Below are positions 1 to 13,434 of a stretch of DNA of 64,000 bases, one piece after another. The DNA lies in contig CM007991.1 of assembly GCA_002189035.1 (NCBI GenBank), forward strand, positions 5,084,001-5,148,000, in the 5' to 3' direction. The stretch is from Utricularia gibba (taxonomy: Eukaryota; Plantae; Magnoliophyta). Position 1 is the first letter of the stretch. Every line of letters starts with the position of its first letter. The position numbers were made by a program, and so were the translations under genes. A model generated the notes under the pieces. That model did no database searches, was not told the origin of the DNA, and was given only the letters and a program-made list of their open reading frames with translations.

Positions 1-1350
1 AGTTTTGCATTTTCGTAGGCACTCATCCTTAGCTCGTCCAGCTCTTGGAGTTGCAAGATCCTTTGCTCTCCAGCAGCCTTGGCATCCAAATTTAATTCTT
101 TGATAGCCCAATATGCCTTGTGCTCTAATTCCACAGGCAAGTGACAAGCTTTCCCATAAACTAAACGATAAGGGGAGGTCCCCAAGGGAGTCTTATACGC
201 TGTGCGATAAGCCCATAAAGCATCAGTTATTTTGGTTGCCCAATCCTTGCGGGTTTTGGCCACCGTGTGCTCCATAATCCTCTTCAATTCCCTGTTAGTT
301 ACCTTCACTTGTCCGCAGGTTTGTGGGTGATATGGAGTTGATGCCCTGTGTCCCACTCCATACTTGTGCAAGAGCTTCCGGAATTCTCTTTCAATGAACT
401 GTTTTTCTCCATCACTTATGATGTATCTTGGGGCACCAAACCTGGGTAGAATGATCTGTTTGAAGAGCTTAATTACAGCTCTTCTATCAGCTGCTGGAAC
501 AGCAATAGCTTCTGCCCATTTTGAGACATAATCTACTGCCACAAGAATTTGAGTGTTGCCATAGGAAAATGGAAAGGGTCCCATAAAATCCAGCCCCCAA
601 ACATTGAAAATTTCCACCTCCAAGATATATGTCATGGGTCCTTCATCTCTCCTGGAAATAGAACCCGCGTGTTGACATGGTTCGCATGCTTGAACAAATG
701 CCCTCACATCATGATTCATGGTGGGCCAATAAAATCCAGATTGAAAAATTTTGAAGAGTGTTTTTGATGCTGCTGCATGCTCTCCATATGGTGATGAATG
801 ACAGTTCCAAATAACGTCCCTTACCTCCTCTGGTGGTAGGCATCTTCTGATAATTCCATCAGCACAACGTTTGAAAAGCATAGGTTCTTCCCACAAATAA
901 TGTTTCGCTTGCGCAAGGAAGCACTTCCGCTGGTTGAAGTTCAGATTCTGGGGCAAGACTCCTCCAACGAGATAATTGACAAAATCAGCATACCATGGCA
1001 GATTGTCATCTTGGACAGCAAGGATACGTTCTGTGAGGAAAGAATCATCGATGTGCAACTCCCCCACACTTGTTTCAAGCTGTAGGCATGACAAATGATC
1101 AGCCACTCCATTTTCCTTGCCCTTTTTGTCACGAATTTCCAGATCAAATTCTTGGAGAAGTAGTATACATCTTATCAACTTAGGTTTCGATTCCTGCTTG
1201 CTCAAAAGATATTTCAAAGCAGCGTGATCTGTATGAATGATTACCTTTGCACCCAGCAAGTAGGACCTGAATTTTTCAATGGCAAAAATAATTGCCAGCA
1301 ACTCCTTTTCTGTGGTTGTGTAGTTTCTTTGGGCTGCATTGAGAGTTTTT

Positions 1351-3402
1351 CTAGCATAATAAATCACATGAATTACCTTGTCTTTTTTTTTGTCCAAGAA
1401 CAGCCCCAACAGCACAATCACTTGCATCACACATCAGTTCAAATGGCAAGGTCCAATCTGGTGGTTGATGAATGAGTGCAATGATAAGAGCTTGCTTCAG
1501 TGTGTTGAAGGCATGCACACATTCTGCATCAAAACAAAAATCCGCGTCTTGCGCAAGCAATGCTGTTAGTGGGCAAGAAATGTGAAAAAAATTAGTAATA
1601 AATCTCCTATAAAATCCTACATGCCCCAGGAAGCTTCTGATCCCTTTTACCGTAGTTGGTGCTGGTAATTTTTCAATCACCTCAATTTTTGCTAGATCCA
1701 CTTGAATGCCTTTGGAAGAAATGTGATGTCCAAGCACAATGCCTTCTTCAACCATAAAATGACACTTCTCCCAATTGAGTACCAAGTTGCACTCAATACA
1801 CCTCTCCAAAATTATGCCTAAGTTCTGCAAACATGAATCAAAATTAGCCCCATAAACAGATATATCATCCATAAATACCTCCATGATCTTCTCCACATGT
1901 TCTGAAAAAATTGCTGTCATGCAACGTTGAAAAGTTCCAGGAGCATTGCACAAACCAAATGGCATTCTCTTGTATGCAAATGTGCCAAAAGGACAAGTAA
2001 ATGTGGTCTTGTGTTGATCTTCCGGATGGATTGGAATCTGAAAATATACGGAATAACCATCAAGGTAACAATAGAAAGCTTGATTACTTAACCTTTCCAG
2101 AATTTGATCAATAAAGGACAATGGGTAAAGATCCTTTATGGTGGCATCATTGAGTTTCCGAAAGTCAATGCACATTCTCCAGCCAGTGACCTTGCGCAAG
2201 GGGATGAGGTCTCTCTTCTCGTTTTATGTCACTGTCATGCCTCCTTTCTTTGGTACACAGTGCACTGGGCTAACCCATTGGCTGTCTAAAATAGAGTAGA
2301 TGATATCAGCATCTAGCAATTTCAAAATTTCGTTTTTAATCACCTCCTTCAGCATAGGATTCGCCCGCTTTTGTGGCTGCACAATTGGTCTTGCCTCAGC
2401 TTCTAAATAAATCCGATGGGTGCAGAATTGAGGGTCAAGCCCTTTCAAATCATCCAAGGTGTACCCAATGGCTTGTCTATGCTTGCGCAAGACATCCAGC
2501 AGCATTTGGGTGTGGTATTCATTCAATCTTGCATTAACAATCACGGGGTAAGTGTGATCATCCTCAAGAAATTCGTACCTCAATGATGGTGGCAGCTTCT
2601 TCAACTCAATTTTTCCTTCAGCATCAAGTTTCTTCTTTGTTAGCCGAGCCATCATTGGTGTGTCATCTGGAGTGTCTTCTTTTTCATCCTGCAGAAGATT
2701 TATTTCCTGAATTTCGCACAGAAAAACTGCTTGCGCATGCTCCTGCGTAACAGCATCTTCCGCTTCCCCTTGCGCAAGCTCGTCGTAGTCAAATCGCCTC
2801 ATTGCTTGATCAACATTGAACTCCAGTTCTTCTTCTCTGAATCTAAGTGTCAATTTCCTTGCTCTAACATCAATTAAGACTCCTGTGGTTGCCATAAAGG
2901 GTCTCCCAAAAAGGATTGGTACCTCTACATCAAGTGCCATATCCAAAACAACAAAATCACAAGGAACAAAATATTTTCCAATTTTTACTGGCACGTTTTC
3001 TACCACTCCTTCGGGATTCTTCATGGATTTATCAGCAAATACCAACTGAATTTTCGTGGTTCTCAGCTCTTCAAGATTCAGTGCTTTGAATAAAGTATAA
3101 GGCATCAAGCTGATACTTGACCCAAGATCATATAAGCACTTCTCAAAATTGCTTCTTCCAATGATACATGGGACTGAAAAAATTCCAGGATCTGCATGCT
3201 TTTGAATCAGCCCCTGTGTAAGAACCGTGCTGCATTGCTTGGATAATTCAATAACAGCATCATTCTCAATCTTCCTTCGATTGGCCAGAATATCCTTCAA
3301 GAATTTCACATAAGTGGGCATTTGCAACATCACATCAGTGAATGGGATGTTCACATGGAGAGTTTTTAGCATCTCCAGAAACTTGGAATATTGCTGATCC
3401 AC
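1351..3402 (-). pseudogene. Gypsy protease-reverse transcriptase-RNase H region
   Basis: Two long ORFs (392 aa and 282 aa) carry DLGSSISLMP, PCDFVVLDM and RT motifs. They are separated by a frameshift near 2200-2224. Confidence 0.9.
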
Positions 3403-4842
3403 TGATGATTTGGCCTGTCTCTGGGATAAGAAATTGGAGGATTATAAGAAGGTGGAGACACGTACACTGGGACATCCAGCAATTCGTCTGCTTGCGCAGG
3501 GGCTGCTGCTGTTGCACTCTGCATCCCACTTGTTGCCATAGCTTTGCATTCAGCAGGATTTTTCTCTGGTTGACTTGGGAGCCTCGAAGCCTTGTGGGTT
3601 TGAGCAGCATTATTCATCCAACTGTCCAGGATGTGGGTCGTTATCCCCAGTTGCTCCAAACGCTCATTCATTGCATTCACCTTTGTCTTTTGGTCTGAAA
3701 TTTCTCCTCTCATTTCTTTGAGTTGCTCCATTACTTCCTTATTCATTCCTTCTTGCTTTTCAATGAATTGCCCTAGCATATCTCGTAAGAATGGTCATTG
3801 GGGCTGCTGCTGGTTCTGATTTTGGGTTTGCCAAGTGTTGCTTCGGTTTCCCCAATTGTTCCCTTGCGCAGGCACAGAGGCTCCGTGCGCAAGTTTTCCC
3901 TGAAAGTTCACAAAATTAACATTCGTACCTTCCTCTTCTGCCTCACTCTCTGTCTTCTCTGAGGCTGCTTGGACTTGAGCAATGACTGGCTGGAGTTTGC
4001 TGATTTTATCGTCTAGTTTTTGCAATGTTTCGGTAATCTTTGAGACGGTAGTGTCACGTGGGTTGTCTCGAACTCCAGTTCTCGAATTCCTTGCTGGTTG
4101 AGACCATCGTGCCTATCGTTTTGCAAACTCATCAATTAGTACCCAAGCCCTTCTGGGACTTACCTGGTCTAGGGGTCCAACACCCGCATTCAGCAGTCCC
4201 TTTGCTTGCGCAGTCAGTCCATCATGAAAGCACATGATCATAGCAGCGGGGCTGAGTCCATGCTTATCCGTGACTCGTGTAATTTCCTTAAATCTCTCCC
4301 AAGCTGCTGTTATTTCTTCTCTTTCATCCTGTGCAAAATTGGTGATCTCAAACCTGGTGTTAGAATACTTTGTGGGTTCAAAATCTTTGTCCAAAAATGC
4401 ATCCTCCAATTCTTCCCAAGTGTAAATAGAGTTGGGTGTCAAAGAGTCTAACCATCTCCTTGCTGATCCCCATAATGAAAATGGATATAAACGTAACCTG
4501 ATCGCGTCATCGGAGACTCCTCGTTCCACCACCATGTCAAATTGCAATGTGTTCTTCGGGATCCTCACCCGGTTCTCCACGAAATGGGCTTTGTTGCACC
4601 ATGGTGATCAATGAAGGCTGGAGTTGGAACCTTTGCACGTTGATGGCTGGTGCTGAGATTGGACCAGGCTTCCTTGTGTGTCGAAAGTTATCACCTAAAG
4701 GGATTTCATCCCAGGGATCAACAGCAAATCTGTTAGCATTCTGCTCCCTGCGCACATACCTGTCCCTTCCTGCGCGATGGTTCCTCGCTTGCGCAGGTGG
4801 TTCCCTGCGTACTAGTTCTGGTCCTTCATCTTTGAAACTCAC
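3366..4842 (-). pseudogene. Retrotransposon gag (Retrotrans_gag-like), split by frameshifts and stops
   Basis: ORFs 4537-4842, 4113-4580, 3795-4025 and 3366-3779 contain FQLQPSLITMVQQSPFRGEPGEDPEEHI, AIRLRLYPFSLWGSARRWLDSL and QDEREEITAAWERFKE. Confidence 0.88.
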
Positions 4843-4889
4843 CCTTGCGTGTGTGCAAACCTTGAAGACTGACCTACTTGCGCAAGCTT

Positions 4890-5845
4890 TGGGGGTGTTA
4901 TGCTAAAGTAGTGCTACTCGGTGACCGTTATAGCACCGTCCCTTGTTTTGTGAGATTATGGAATAAACCACGCCACCAGAGCCATTTCACCTCTTGTGAT
5001 AACCCATGTTTTCCCCACAGCCAAATCTAACCCCTACACCTCACACCTTGCAGACAGATTAGACAGAATGTGCCTTACCAACGATGTCCGATTGAGCCCT
5101 TCTCCATAGGTGCTTGAGGCCAATCTTTGATTCTCCCACACTCCCTTAGGGTTATATGGTACTAAAGATCAGGTTGGTAAAGAAAACATTGCAAAAAACA
5201 GAATCAGACCTCAAATTAAATGTTGAAAAACATAGTAAGACAGTCACGCGTGTTGGACTTGCGCAAGCAAGACTTCACAGCAGATCCTCAGCCGCAAGCG
5301 CTCACACGCGCATGCTTGACTCTAAACAACAAAAGTTGATGAAAAACGAAGGGAAAGGAATCAAAAGCATGCTATACTCGACTCTAAACCCTAGATTGAC
5401 TCTCTGGTCGTCCACCACTTCGACTCCCTTAGGTCTTCGCATTTGGATCTTTATATAATGGTGGGGATTTGCCGGGCTTTCTTGATGGGCTCGCATCAAA
5501 TCTTCTATCCGAATCTTTGAAGATTTGATACAAATCTTCTAGGATGAGATCCGAGTTTTCCAAGATAAGATGCGAATCTTATCTTATCCGAGAATCTTCG
5601 ACCGAGTCTTCATCTCCGAATAGACCAAATCTTAGCCTCCATCAAAGTAGCTCGAAAATCCTCCAAATTATTCCAAATTCGTCCTGAAAAATCACAAAAC
5701 ATACTTTCCCTCCAAAAAGATCAAAGTGGTATGAAAGATATAAAATTTCTCTAAAAACATAAAGAAAGTGGAATAAAAAGAATGCAAAACTCATTTAAAA
5801 GAATCCTAAAAACCACAAATATAAGTGACATAAAATCACTTATCA
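4890..5845 (-). repeat. 5' LTR of the first Athila element, 3'-truncated
   Basis: Begins TGATAAGTGATTTTATGTCAC on the minus strand. No CA end or PBS is visible before gag. The lower boundary is approximate. Confidence 0.65.
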
Positions 5846-5846
5846 A

Positions 5847-6727
5847 TGATAAAAAACGAAAAAAACTATTAGAAATGTCATGCAATATTTTTTCCATATT
5901 TGTTAGTATCTTTTGCTCAAAGAATTTTAAATGGAGCAGGAACATCCCACCTCTACCAGGTTCATTGTGTTAGGTTGCATGTAAAGAACTCCACATTAAT
6001 AAAGATGTAGATTCCAGTACTTAGTTATGTCTATATAAGTTATGCCCATAAACTTGATTTCCAGCAGATCTACGACCGAGAGCAACCGCTAGACACTTCA
6101 TTTTCTATTTTCTGCACTTCTATTTCGTTAACAACTAGCTGCTGTTTCCTTCAACGTTTACATGCTTTCTGTTATGTTCTTGCACCTTGTCGCGAACGAT
6201 AGAGCCTTTGTAGACCTTATTTATGCATTAAATCATGTTCTTGACTAAGCCTTTCATGTTTGCCTTTAAGTTTAACGCGCTTTTACTGTTCCTGCGAACC
6301 ATGCTCTGTTTCTGCAAACTATTACTCTGTTTTCAAGCGTTCCAAGCTGCGTTTAAGTCTAAGGGCTCTCTTGAGTGACACAAGAGCTAGACCCTGGTGT
6401 AAAACCCAACCAAATTACTTTTATTTTATGTTTTATGCACCTTCACGTTAATTTCAGTCCCTCTTCATCCCTGCAACTCTTTTATTCCAGTAACTGTTAT
6501 TTTACGTCTTACCCGCATTAGACTTAAATCCCAGAAAACCCCCTGTTTCCAGTAAATGTGTTAAGCTTCAGAAAATTCTAACCATTCCCTGTGGATTCTA
6601 CCCTTGCTTGCCACACTACATTAATTCTTGTGATTTGTATAGTATAATAGCTCGGTTTATAAATTTCTTTTGATGCGTTGAATGTGCTAAACCGCGACAT
6701 TTAGCAACCCATTCCCAACGTTCATCA
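5847..6727 (+). mobile_element. Unpaired LTR (Athila-like, related to the LTR at 35079-36245)
   Basis: TGATAAAAAACG...GTTCATCA termini. The last ~250 bp match 36000-36245 (TTTATAAATTTCTTTTGATGCGTTGAATGTGCTA...GACATTTAGCAA). No TSD found. Confidence 0.8.
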
Positions 6728-7899
6728 GTGACCTTCATTACTTCATCTTCATTGCCTTTGTCTTTGGTATCCATGATTTCATCAAAATGCCTATACTATC
6801 CCAATCAAAATATTTGAGTCAATGGATGGTAATCGTACAAATTGATGGAAATTCTAAGCCCCATAGCTGCTCATCTTGAGAGGTCAACATGGTAAGTGGT
6901 GAGAAAACAAGATTAGTGACTCAACAAGCCTCAATTGATTCATGGAGAAGGCATAAGCCTACACACCCTCCCTCATCAAAAGCACATAAAAATAAGGATT
7001 ACAACCTAAGAATTCTTAGTATATGATTGACTATGAGGTTGGAACAAAAATCCAAACAACCTAAAATTCAAGTTCATGATAATGTGGCAACCATAATCTA
7101 GCAAGATTCACATTCCTCCTTGAAGCATGAGGGTAACGAAAAATGAACTAAATATCAATACATCGATTCTCATTACTAGGTACATGACAAGTGCTTACAC
7201 TAAGGGATAAGAAGACAATCTCATTACATTCCTGCTTGAGCGATTCATAGACTATGAGTTGACACTTGAATCTTACTCATTAGAATCATGTTACTATAAT
7301 ACATTCTAGCCCAAAGAACCTAAATTGGATTATCCATATGTAGGGTAAGAGCAAGAGTCTCATTGAAGAAGTTGTCTTCAATTCTAAAGATGTCGCCATT
7401 AATATCAAGGGGAAAGTAAAGAGAAGAGGTTGTTAGGTTACTATAGGCAGTAAAGTGGAGGTGGCTCATGCACAAGTCAGCCATCCTTACATTAATAATA
7501 CCCCTCTTTACCACACATTTATAGATATAGAAGTTTCTTTTGAACCAAATGATGTTGATTTACTTCAATCTAATTATGATCCCTTGAGCATCATGGATTA
7601 CATGAAGATAACCAAGTGAACTACATAGTAGATCAAGGGAGTCATTTCAAACCTCATCAAGGATGAGGTCATTTGACAACAAGACATATGAAAGAGGATA
7701 TCCTACCCTTTAAAACTAACTTATGATACTTCGGCTAACATTTCATCTCCTAGTTAGCAAAGTGGAGTTTAATTTCAATCAAGGATCAAGAGATTCATAT
7801 ATTGATAGGCTGTGAATATATAGTATGATCACAAATGACCTACCACTTTACTTTCAAGAGAACAAAGATAAATTCCTTTGTTATTATGCCATCTATTAT

Positions 7900-8950
7900 G
7901 CATATAAAATCGAGTTCTAAATAAGAGTGAGGATAGCAACTCTGACTGTGGACCAAGCTTAGGCAAGAGCTTACTACAACATTTCATGTAGAGTCTACTT
8001 TGAGGCTTTAGTGCATAATGTAAAAATGGTTAAAATGCTACCATGGTGATGGAGCCGAATGCAAGGTAAGTCTTGACACCAATTGATTATAGGGAAGTCA
8101 CCTTCTCTAGGATGGAAAAGAAGGTGGATCAAATTGTCTCTAGAAGTGAAGGCGCATTCATAAGATGTTTGATCAATTACTAAGATGTTTTTGCCTGAAC
8201 ACCTAAAGATCTTCAAGACATTGACCCCAACATGGTGAGTCACGAGATCAACACTAACCCAAATGCTAAATCCAATACGCAAAAATATAGGTATGAAAGA
8301 CTACCTTTTGACTAATTTGAGAAATGAATGTATTACCATGCTTTATTATGTGTGTATGAGATTCCACATAACATTTACTCTTTGATAATATACTACGTCA
8401 TTCATTCTTATCTAGTTTCCCTATCGAGTGCACACTTGAAATGCAACAAATATACATAGTTTGTTTGGAAATCCAAACTCATTACCTCATGGCGTGGTTT
8501 TTAGAAGAACACGTTTGAGAAGACGGAAGCCATAAGAAAAACTTTATAAGACTTCCTTATGATTGGATATATTTGGAAGGCATGATGCCCGAGTGAGGTT
8601 GCTAACCTCATTGTCATGCTAAAGTTGGAAGGCATGTGAGGAGTATGCATAATATATGAGGATGATATAATTATAGAATCAAAGAACAATGACATCTAAC
8701 ATTTGAAAGTGCTTTTCCACTTTAAAAGAATACGAGCAAAAGTTCAATCTAGAAAAATGTTTTTTTAGGATAAGAAGTGACAAATTATTGGGATATCATG
8801 TCTTGAAGAAATAAATAGAGCCTAATCTTACAAATATTAAAGTCATTTGGGAGATAAGGTGGCTCCAATGGCCATTTGGCATTGAGCCCAAAATGATATC
8901 AGATCAAAATACCCTTCTTTCAAGATTCTTAATCTCCAACAAGATCAGAG
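7900..8950 (+). pseudogene. Highly degenerate Tat-type Ty3/gypsy pol relic
   Basis: Manual translation gives NY*DVFA*TPKDLQDIDPNMVSHEINTNP (cf. DVFAWxxxDMPGIDP) near 8170-8270 and KFNLEKCFFRIRSDKLLGY (cf. KLNPxKCxFGVxSGKFLG) near 8740-8800. Confidence 0.65.
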
Positions 8951-9832
8951 GTAAAAAAGAAAAGTGATTAATATAAAGACACAAGAGAAGATGGGCCTTC
9001 CAATAAAGGAGTCTCCAAGGAATGAGACAGTAATAGGGAGGTAGAGAGGAACATATATTGATGACCATAAAATTGATCATCTATATAATGATCAATTCTA
9101 AAAACATTGTTCCACTTTATTGATGACCATAAAATTGATTTATGATCTTAATTTTATGAACCAATTTGGCGAAATGTCATATTCTTTAGATATTCTTAGT
9201 TTTTTTGTTTTCAAAATCAAAGCCTTAGCATTATCTTTTTCTTAAGGACAAAGTACCACCAACAAACACCAATTTGGGCCAATGTTTGTTTTGCAATTCC
9301 TTTTGTTTACAGTAAATGTATCGATGAGTGGCCACTTCTCCAGGTCGAAACTGGGGGGCAATGTAAACAAACAACCTTGTTACCTTAACGCGAACTATTT
9401 CCAAAGAAATGAAAATGGAAATGGCGGCGGGCCTTCTTTTGTGTATCCCATTCAGCCTACTCTTTATTGCAATCATACTTGACATCAGAACAATAACTCC
9501 TAAATTTAATCGTACGATAAGAAATCAGAATCCCTCTATGGTCAAACCTGTGAATCAGACCCCAAAGAAATATTAAAGTTCACAATGTGCCATATTCCGC
9601 CATATTGATGAAAATAGGACTTCTAAAATATCTGATACTGGAGGTGGGTCAAGAACAACATAAACCGACTTCAAAAAAAGAAAAAAATAAATAAAAAGGT
9701 TTTCCTCTCAACAACATGCAATACACAAATCTATCAAAGAACTTCGGAAAGGTCAAGTGGTGGAGCAATAGTGAGGATCCATACCTTTCAAGCTAATCGG
9801 TATTGTTGCCAGATCATCCTCGAATGAAATTG

Positions 9833-11153
9833 CTAGTCCCCAGCCCCATTTGTGGGGGGCACGTTGCTCATGGTCTCTCTTTGCATGGAATCCCTCCTCT
9901 GAACCTGCAATGCTTCATTGCGCCTGTCATATCGGGGGCGAGGCCTAGTCCTTGGGTTTGGTCTTCCAGTAAACCGATACTGTGGCCTGTGGATCACTTT
10001 TCCATCCACAAACAAATCACCTGCGAATTATTCCAATAAATATCCAGGATGAAAAAGGAAGGATGCTCAGACGTAGTTACCAACCTCCATAGTCCTTATT
10101 GGGAACATCCAAATATGAATCAGGCAAAACCCACAAAACCCCCGGTAGACCTGTGATTCAAAAAAAAGCCATAAGTTCACGGCATAAGCCAGATAAGGAG
10201 AATGCGAATAGCTTCATCCTTAGCAGCACTACGAATATCGAAAGAGCTCACTTCACTTCAGCTATCATTCTTATCGGCAAGAGTTTATATGGCACACCAC
10301 CTTTTACTTTGTATGACAGTTCTTCGGAGATCAAGGCTCCAAATCCAGTATACGTGGTAGTACAGACAGAGTAGATTTTCTTCTTAGCCTCTTCTTCGCT
10401 GCGCAACCAAGCAAAACGTATAATGAAAAACAAAAAACTCCCAGAACTAATATAAGCAACTAACACCCATGCAACTTCAGAAAATAATACATAAGAATCT
10501 GTGCTAGGTTCAGAAACACTAGAATTCCATTTCCATACTTCTTACTGTCAACAGCTTCATGAAATGCGCCATTGAAAAAAAAAAAAAGCACAGCTTCATG
10601 AAATGCCTTTTATTTTGCAGCAAAAAATAAAAAAGCAAGGAGTAACAAAACAAATAAAGCACAAGTGTGGAGTGCAGTTAGAACAGAAGGAGAGCAACCC
10701 CATGGGCATTGGACACATAGTGAAAGTTGGATGAAGGAATACGCGCACCTTTTTCTTTTTTCCTCTTCCCAGTATTATAAAGAAATCAAAAAGGTAAGGG
10801 ATCGCTAAAAATTACCAGCCATTACCTTCCTACTACGGAAGCTAGGGTTTTAACGTACGTGTCAACCATCTCTTCTTCAGAAGGCTTAGGATCAGAACTA
10901 AATTCCATCACAATAAGCCAGTGTTCGTAGTCGCATCCATCCAAGAGAATCGTCTCCTTCGGTGGGCGATTGCTCCAATTAGGGGACGGGTCGTTCAACG
11001 GGGAATAGCCACCCGATGTTCTGAAGCGGCATTGAGACCTTGCGGTTTCCAATGGTTGCTGGCACTGGGGACGAGAAAAGGAAGCGCGAGTCGGGAGCGG
11101 CGGCAAAAGACCGATCCCAAAGTTCGACGGGCGGCAAACAGAGACCGCGCCAT
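9833..11153 (-). CDS. MORF3: Multiple organellar RNA editing factor, MORF3/RIP3-like; 4 exons (11153-10826, 10398-10301, 10150-10085, 10020-9833); apparent frameshift in exon 1
   Basis: MORF box: [104 protein letters not shown]. All three introns are GT-AG, with 98- and 66-nt internal exons. The presequence-like MARSLFAARRTL start (ATG 11153) is out of frame with the MORF box. Confidence 0.9.
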
Positions 11154-13434
11154 GGTTGACTCCGCAGTTCGGCATCGGCACAAATAAAGGCGAGATAAAA
11201 GGAGACGTCATAAAACTGGGGAAAATTACAATTTTACCATTTCACTCATCCCTCTATAGCCATTGTTTGAAAACACATATCATGAATTTTTGTGGGGCGA
11301 ACCTTTGATTTTACCTGCTAGTATGAGTGAAATTTGCAAAGTGATGGGCCCTCCACATTTGTGCAGTCCATATATTAACAACAAAAAGAAGCAAAACATA
11401 CAACTTTAATAGTTGCGGTGCATGCAAACTTTCAGGATTGACGTGTAGTTTCGTTTTGTAAATAGAGGGAAATTCATCCTTCACAGCACACTTAATTTCC
11501 ATTCAAGCAACGAGCTTTTATGTATAATAAAAACTTGAGTGATACTCCTTAATAGAATAGAAAAAGAGAAATGATAGTATTTTTTTTACATTTGTGTCTC
11601 TTGTTTGATATAATTTTTTGAGAACAAAGGCAAAACAAGAGTGATAAATCTGATAATTTACTAAGATAAATTTCTTTATATTCATTGTGTTAAATAATAA
11701 AATTTTCTTATAATTGAATATTACTGCAGCCCTTGTTTTGGAGTGAGCTACGTAAAATTTTTATATCTTTTTTTTAATTTTTTTCGTAAATTTTTTAGAG
11801 AAAATAAACTAGAATCTAAGACTGATGAAGAATGAGATTTCAATCATCAACAGTTCTACGATATTATTCACCAATTTGTTGAACAAAATGTATATCAGCA
11901 TGTTGTTGAATGGACACATGAAAAGAGTTTATGATCCAAACTTGAGAATCTTTATGCTTCCAAGACGGATGGTGACACATTATTTTATGTCAAGAAATTG
12001 ATTACTCTAAAGTATAGAGAATGGAGTTTCATTGCAAATCATTTGGATGATATTTAAGAGGTCATGTCATAGTTGGCGACAATGAATATATTTTTTAAGG
12101 ATAATCTTCTAGCATTGTTGGTATTAGTGACTCTGCTAGAATCTTGGAAGATTCTCAAGATTACATTGACAAGTTTTCTAAATCTCTCACTTGAGCGACT
12201 CAAAAGTGTAGTTTTCAATGAGGAGAAGAGGAGAAAGATGCAAAATGCTTCAACCTCCGGACAACATGAAATCATAGTTGTAGAACCTGGGTCCAATCTA
12301 TGTAATGAAAGAAAAGACAACAAAAGTAGGAAAAGGAATAAATATAGCATTGTGGAGTATCATTTCTGCAAAAAGAAGGAGCTCAGTAAGAAAAATTCCT
12401 AGAGACAATATATCACTTGGCACCATGAATATAGAAAAACGACAATCGTCGAAGGTTGTAAGTAAAGACAATATTTTCTTATGTACCCACAAGGGGGATG
12501 AAGTTGACTTGGAAAGATGTTACACATGTGCCAAACATGCAATTAAATTTATCTTGGTTCATGTCTTGATTATGAAGGTTATGCCATAAATTTCAGTTAT
12601 GGCTGATGGAAGTTGACTAAAGATTTATTGATCGTTGAAATCAGAGAAAAGCTTAATACGTTGTATGTGACACAAACAAACATGTGTGTTGATGCTGCTA
12701 ATGTTGGTGAGAAAGGAATTTTTATTGATGTGTGGCATAGAAGCCTTTGCAATATGGGTGAAAAAGTCATGAAGACAATGATGAGAAGGGATAGTATTGG
12801 CTTACTTGTTAATTAAAATTTGAGACAATGCAATGATTTTTTCACTGGAAAACAAACAAAGGTGACATTTCAAACTAGGCATCCATATATGAACCCTAGA
12901 GATCACATTGCCTAGTGGGACTCACATTGATAATTATTCTCACATAACTTGAATCTGTCTCAAAAAGATTATAGATCAAGTTTTAGAGAAGTTCATTATA
13001 GCAAAAACGTCATCATTGATAGAAAGAGTAAGATGTCTATTGAAGTGAGAAACTAGAAATAAGGTGAAGTGCATTAGCACAGAAATGAGGGCAGACTTTG
13101 ATGACTATTGCAAGGAGATGAGAATCTAACACAAGCTCATTATAGCAAAAACATAATCATTGAATGGATTGGAAGAAAGGATGAATTGAACATTGATAGA
13201 AAGAGTAATATGTCTTCTTTCTCACTCAAAGTTATTATAAGTGTTCTAGAAAAAAGTTATTCTTACGATAGGATATATTTTGAATCTTTTGCCATGTGTG
13301 CCTTTGAAACATGATGTCCCTTGTAGTAATGAAAATTCAACAAATGTACGAGTGAATATGATAGTGCCAAATAATGGAGGTGATGTTGAGGATCATGTAC
13401 CCAAAGAACCTCATGATCATGAGGAACTAGAGGC

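Larger units (their letters stand above)
1..5845 (-). mobile_element. Athila-type Ty3/gypsy LTR retrotransposon (5' LTR, gag, protease, RT, RNase H, integrase), degenerate; runs off the window start
   Basis: Minus-strand domain order is gag (3366-4842), aspartic protease region (LYDLGSSISLMP, 2224-3402), RT (WRMCIDFRKLN, MPFGLCNAPGTFQRCM, VFMDD; 1351-2199), RNase H ([17 protein letters not shown]), then integrase (<800). The LTR starts TGATAAGTGATTTT at 5845. Several frameshifts split the ORFs. Confidence 0.93.
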
